From a bacterium (lineage in GTDB: Bacteria > Zhuqueibacterota > Zhuqueibacteria > Zhuqueibacterales > Zhuqueibacteraceae), in NCBI GenBank assembly GCA_044869275.1, contig JBIOXB010000095.1, positions 1 to 27,995 on the forward strand: a stretch of DNA of 27,995 bases, given 5' to 3'. The notes under the pieces were generated by a model, which saw only the letters and a program-made list of their open reading frames with translations, was not told the DNA's origin and did not search any database. Positions 26,729 to 27,995 of this stretch are shown piece after piece. Numbering within the stretch: the stretch's first letter is position 1; each line of letters starts with the position of its first letter. The translations under genes were made by a program, and so were the position numbers.

Positions 26729-27823
26729 ATGAGCCGGTTCCGGACATTCTTTTTTCCCCTGTTGCTGCTTGCGCTTCCCGCGACCGCGCAAATGCAAACC
26801 TCACACCTGCTGCATCCCCAATCTTTGCAAACCGGGTTGATTTATCAATTTTGGAAGACCGGCGGCAGGGGGGAAGAGTTGCAGGAAGTCGTTTTCCCCA
26901 TGGTGATCAATTACACGCCTAACCAGCGCTTCAGCATCAGCGTATTGAACACGCCCGCACGCGCGTCTTATTCGACCGCGAACCGCTCCTCGCGGCTGTC
27001 TGCTTTCAGCGATACCAAAATCTCCACGGCCATTGTTCTGGGCGAAGAAAGAGCGCTGCTGAATATCGGCGTGAATTTGCCCTCGGGGAAAGCACAGCTC
27101 GATCCGCAAATGGAATTGCCTGTGGCTGAAAAAATCACCAACCATGCGCTGTCCATGCCGATGAATTATTTCGGCGGAGGATGGGATGTGGGCGCGAGCT
27201 TCGCGATTGCGGGCGAACTGGGCGACTGGGTGATTGGCAGCGCGCTGAGCGCAGTCTATAAAGGCGAGTATGTTCCGGTCGCCAGCGCCGGCAGATACCG
27301 GCCCGGCGCTGAAATCAGTTTGTCTTTGGGTGTCGATCGCGCGCTCAACGAGGCCAGCCGCATTTTCGGTGACGTCAGCTACACTTGGTATGACCAAGAT
27401 CAGCTCGACGGCCAGGACGTTTTTCAAGCCGACGGCAAAATCAATGGAAGCTTGGCCGGCATTTTTGCCCTTGAGCCGTGGCGAATTTCCGTGCTGGCGC
27501 GCAATCTCTTCAAAAGAAAAAGCCCGTTTGCGCTGAACAGTACGCTCTCGCTCAGCTACGGCAATGAATTCGAGGTCGCCGCCGAATTGGCGCGCGGCTA
27601 TGGGAGAGGACAAGCGTGGCTGATTGCCGGTAATTTTATTGTGCACGGCGCCAACGAGCTGGGCCTCGGAGATGCGATCATCGCCGGCCTCGGGCCGGGC
27701 TGGCGCGGCCGCATTTCGGCGCCTTTGCAGCTCGAAGCTCTCGCGCGGTTTGCGTTCGGAGATATGAACGACAATTCGATTTTGGGGATCGAGGCGAACG
27801 TGGGATTGGTTTGGGAGTTTTGA
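26729..27823 (+). CDS. Predicted outer-membrane beta-barrel protein of unknown function
   Basis: Signal peptide MSRFRTFFFPLLLLALPATA, alternating amphipathic strands, SDTKI...GVNLPSG pattern, and a C-terminal beta-signal VGLVWEF. Confidence 0.75.
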   Translation: MSRFRTFFFPLLLLALPATAQMQTSHLLHPQSLQTGLIYQFWKTGGRGEELQEVVFPMVINYTPNQRFSISVLNTPARASYSTANRSSRLSAFSDTKISTAIVLGEERALLNIGVNLPSGKAQLDPQMELPVAEKITNHALSMPMNYFGGGWDVGASFAIAGELGDWVIGSALSAVYKGEYVPVASAGRYRPGAEISLSLGVDRALNEASRIFGDVSYTWYDQDQLDGQDVFQADGKINGSLAGIFALEPWRISVLARNLFKRKSPFALNSTLSLSYGNEFEVAAELARGYGRGQAWLIAGNFIVHGANELGLGDAIIAGLGPGWRGRISAPLQLEALARFAFGDMNDNSILGIEANVGLVWEF

Positions 27824-27865
27824 TTGACAATTATCAATTACCAATTGTCAATTGACAATTAGTAA
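27824..27865. repeat. Degenerate heptamer tandem array (6 units, TTRNCAA-like)
   Basis: ttgacaa ttatcaa ttaccaa ttgtcaa ttgacaa ttagtaa, immediately after the stop at 27823. Confidence 0.88.
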
Positions 27866-27870
27866 TTCAC

Positions 27871-27995
27871 TCAACTTTCTGACTTCGTGATTTGAGGCTG
27901 TAAAAACAGGCCTGCGGCGACACTCATTAGATCGTCAATTAATTGCGTCAGAAGTTTTTCGCCGAGCTCCCATCGCTGCCTTAACCGTTCAATCA
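27871..27995 (-). CDS. Probable 3' end of a convergent gene that runs out of the window
   Basis: The minus-strand frame reads IERLRQRWELGEKLLTQLIDDLMSVAAGLFLQPQITKSES*, open to the window edge and amphipathic-helix-like. Confidence 0.5.
   Translation of the reverse strand, partial: IERLRQRWELGEKLLTQLIDDLMSVAAGLFLQPQITKSES

Noticed and set aside
27876..27956. Short inverted repeat ttctgac...gtcagaa as possible element ends
   Set aside because: Only about 7 bp match, and the region reads as the 3' end of a minus-strand gene.

Overview
A gene-dense bacterial chromosome segment with no transposase, integrase, phage, CRISPR, rRNA or tRNA gene that I can see. A QNYPNP...WDG...SG.Y C-terminal FlgD-Ig-type domain, a TonB-dependent receptor and lipoproteins suggest a diderm FCB-related lineage such as KSB1 or Calditrichota (inference). 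In order, the window holds: the end of an ABC permease and an AttH/lipocalin-like protein; a sensor-less sigma-54 activator; a group-X ATP-PFK; a secreted FN3/4x Ig-repeat protein; serA; a CaiB/BaiF CoA-transferase; a DUF2339-like membrane protein; a stand-alone tandem AP2-like protein; a TonB-dependent receptor; a Rep/UvrD helicase; a beta-propeller lipoprotein; a four-gene RsbV/RsbW/RsbU-type partner-switching cluster without a sigma factor; an orphan C-terminal sorting-domain fragment; and a three-gene envelope module (CsgG-like protein, TPR-CsgG-like lipoprotein, beta-barrel). The most notable sequence-level signals are two -24/-12 sigma-54 promoters, a probable in-frame 144-bp palindromic insertion in a lipoprotein signal peptide, five degenerate heptamer arrays that each start just after a stop codon, a 3+3 inverted 16-mer REP-like element, and a probable leaderless gene.
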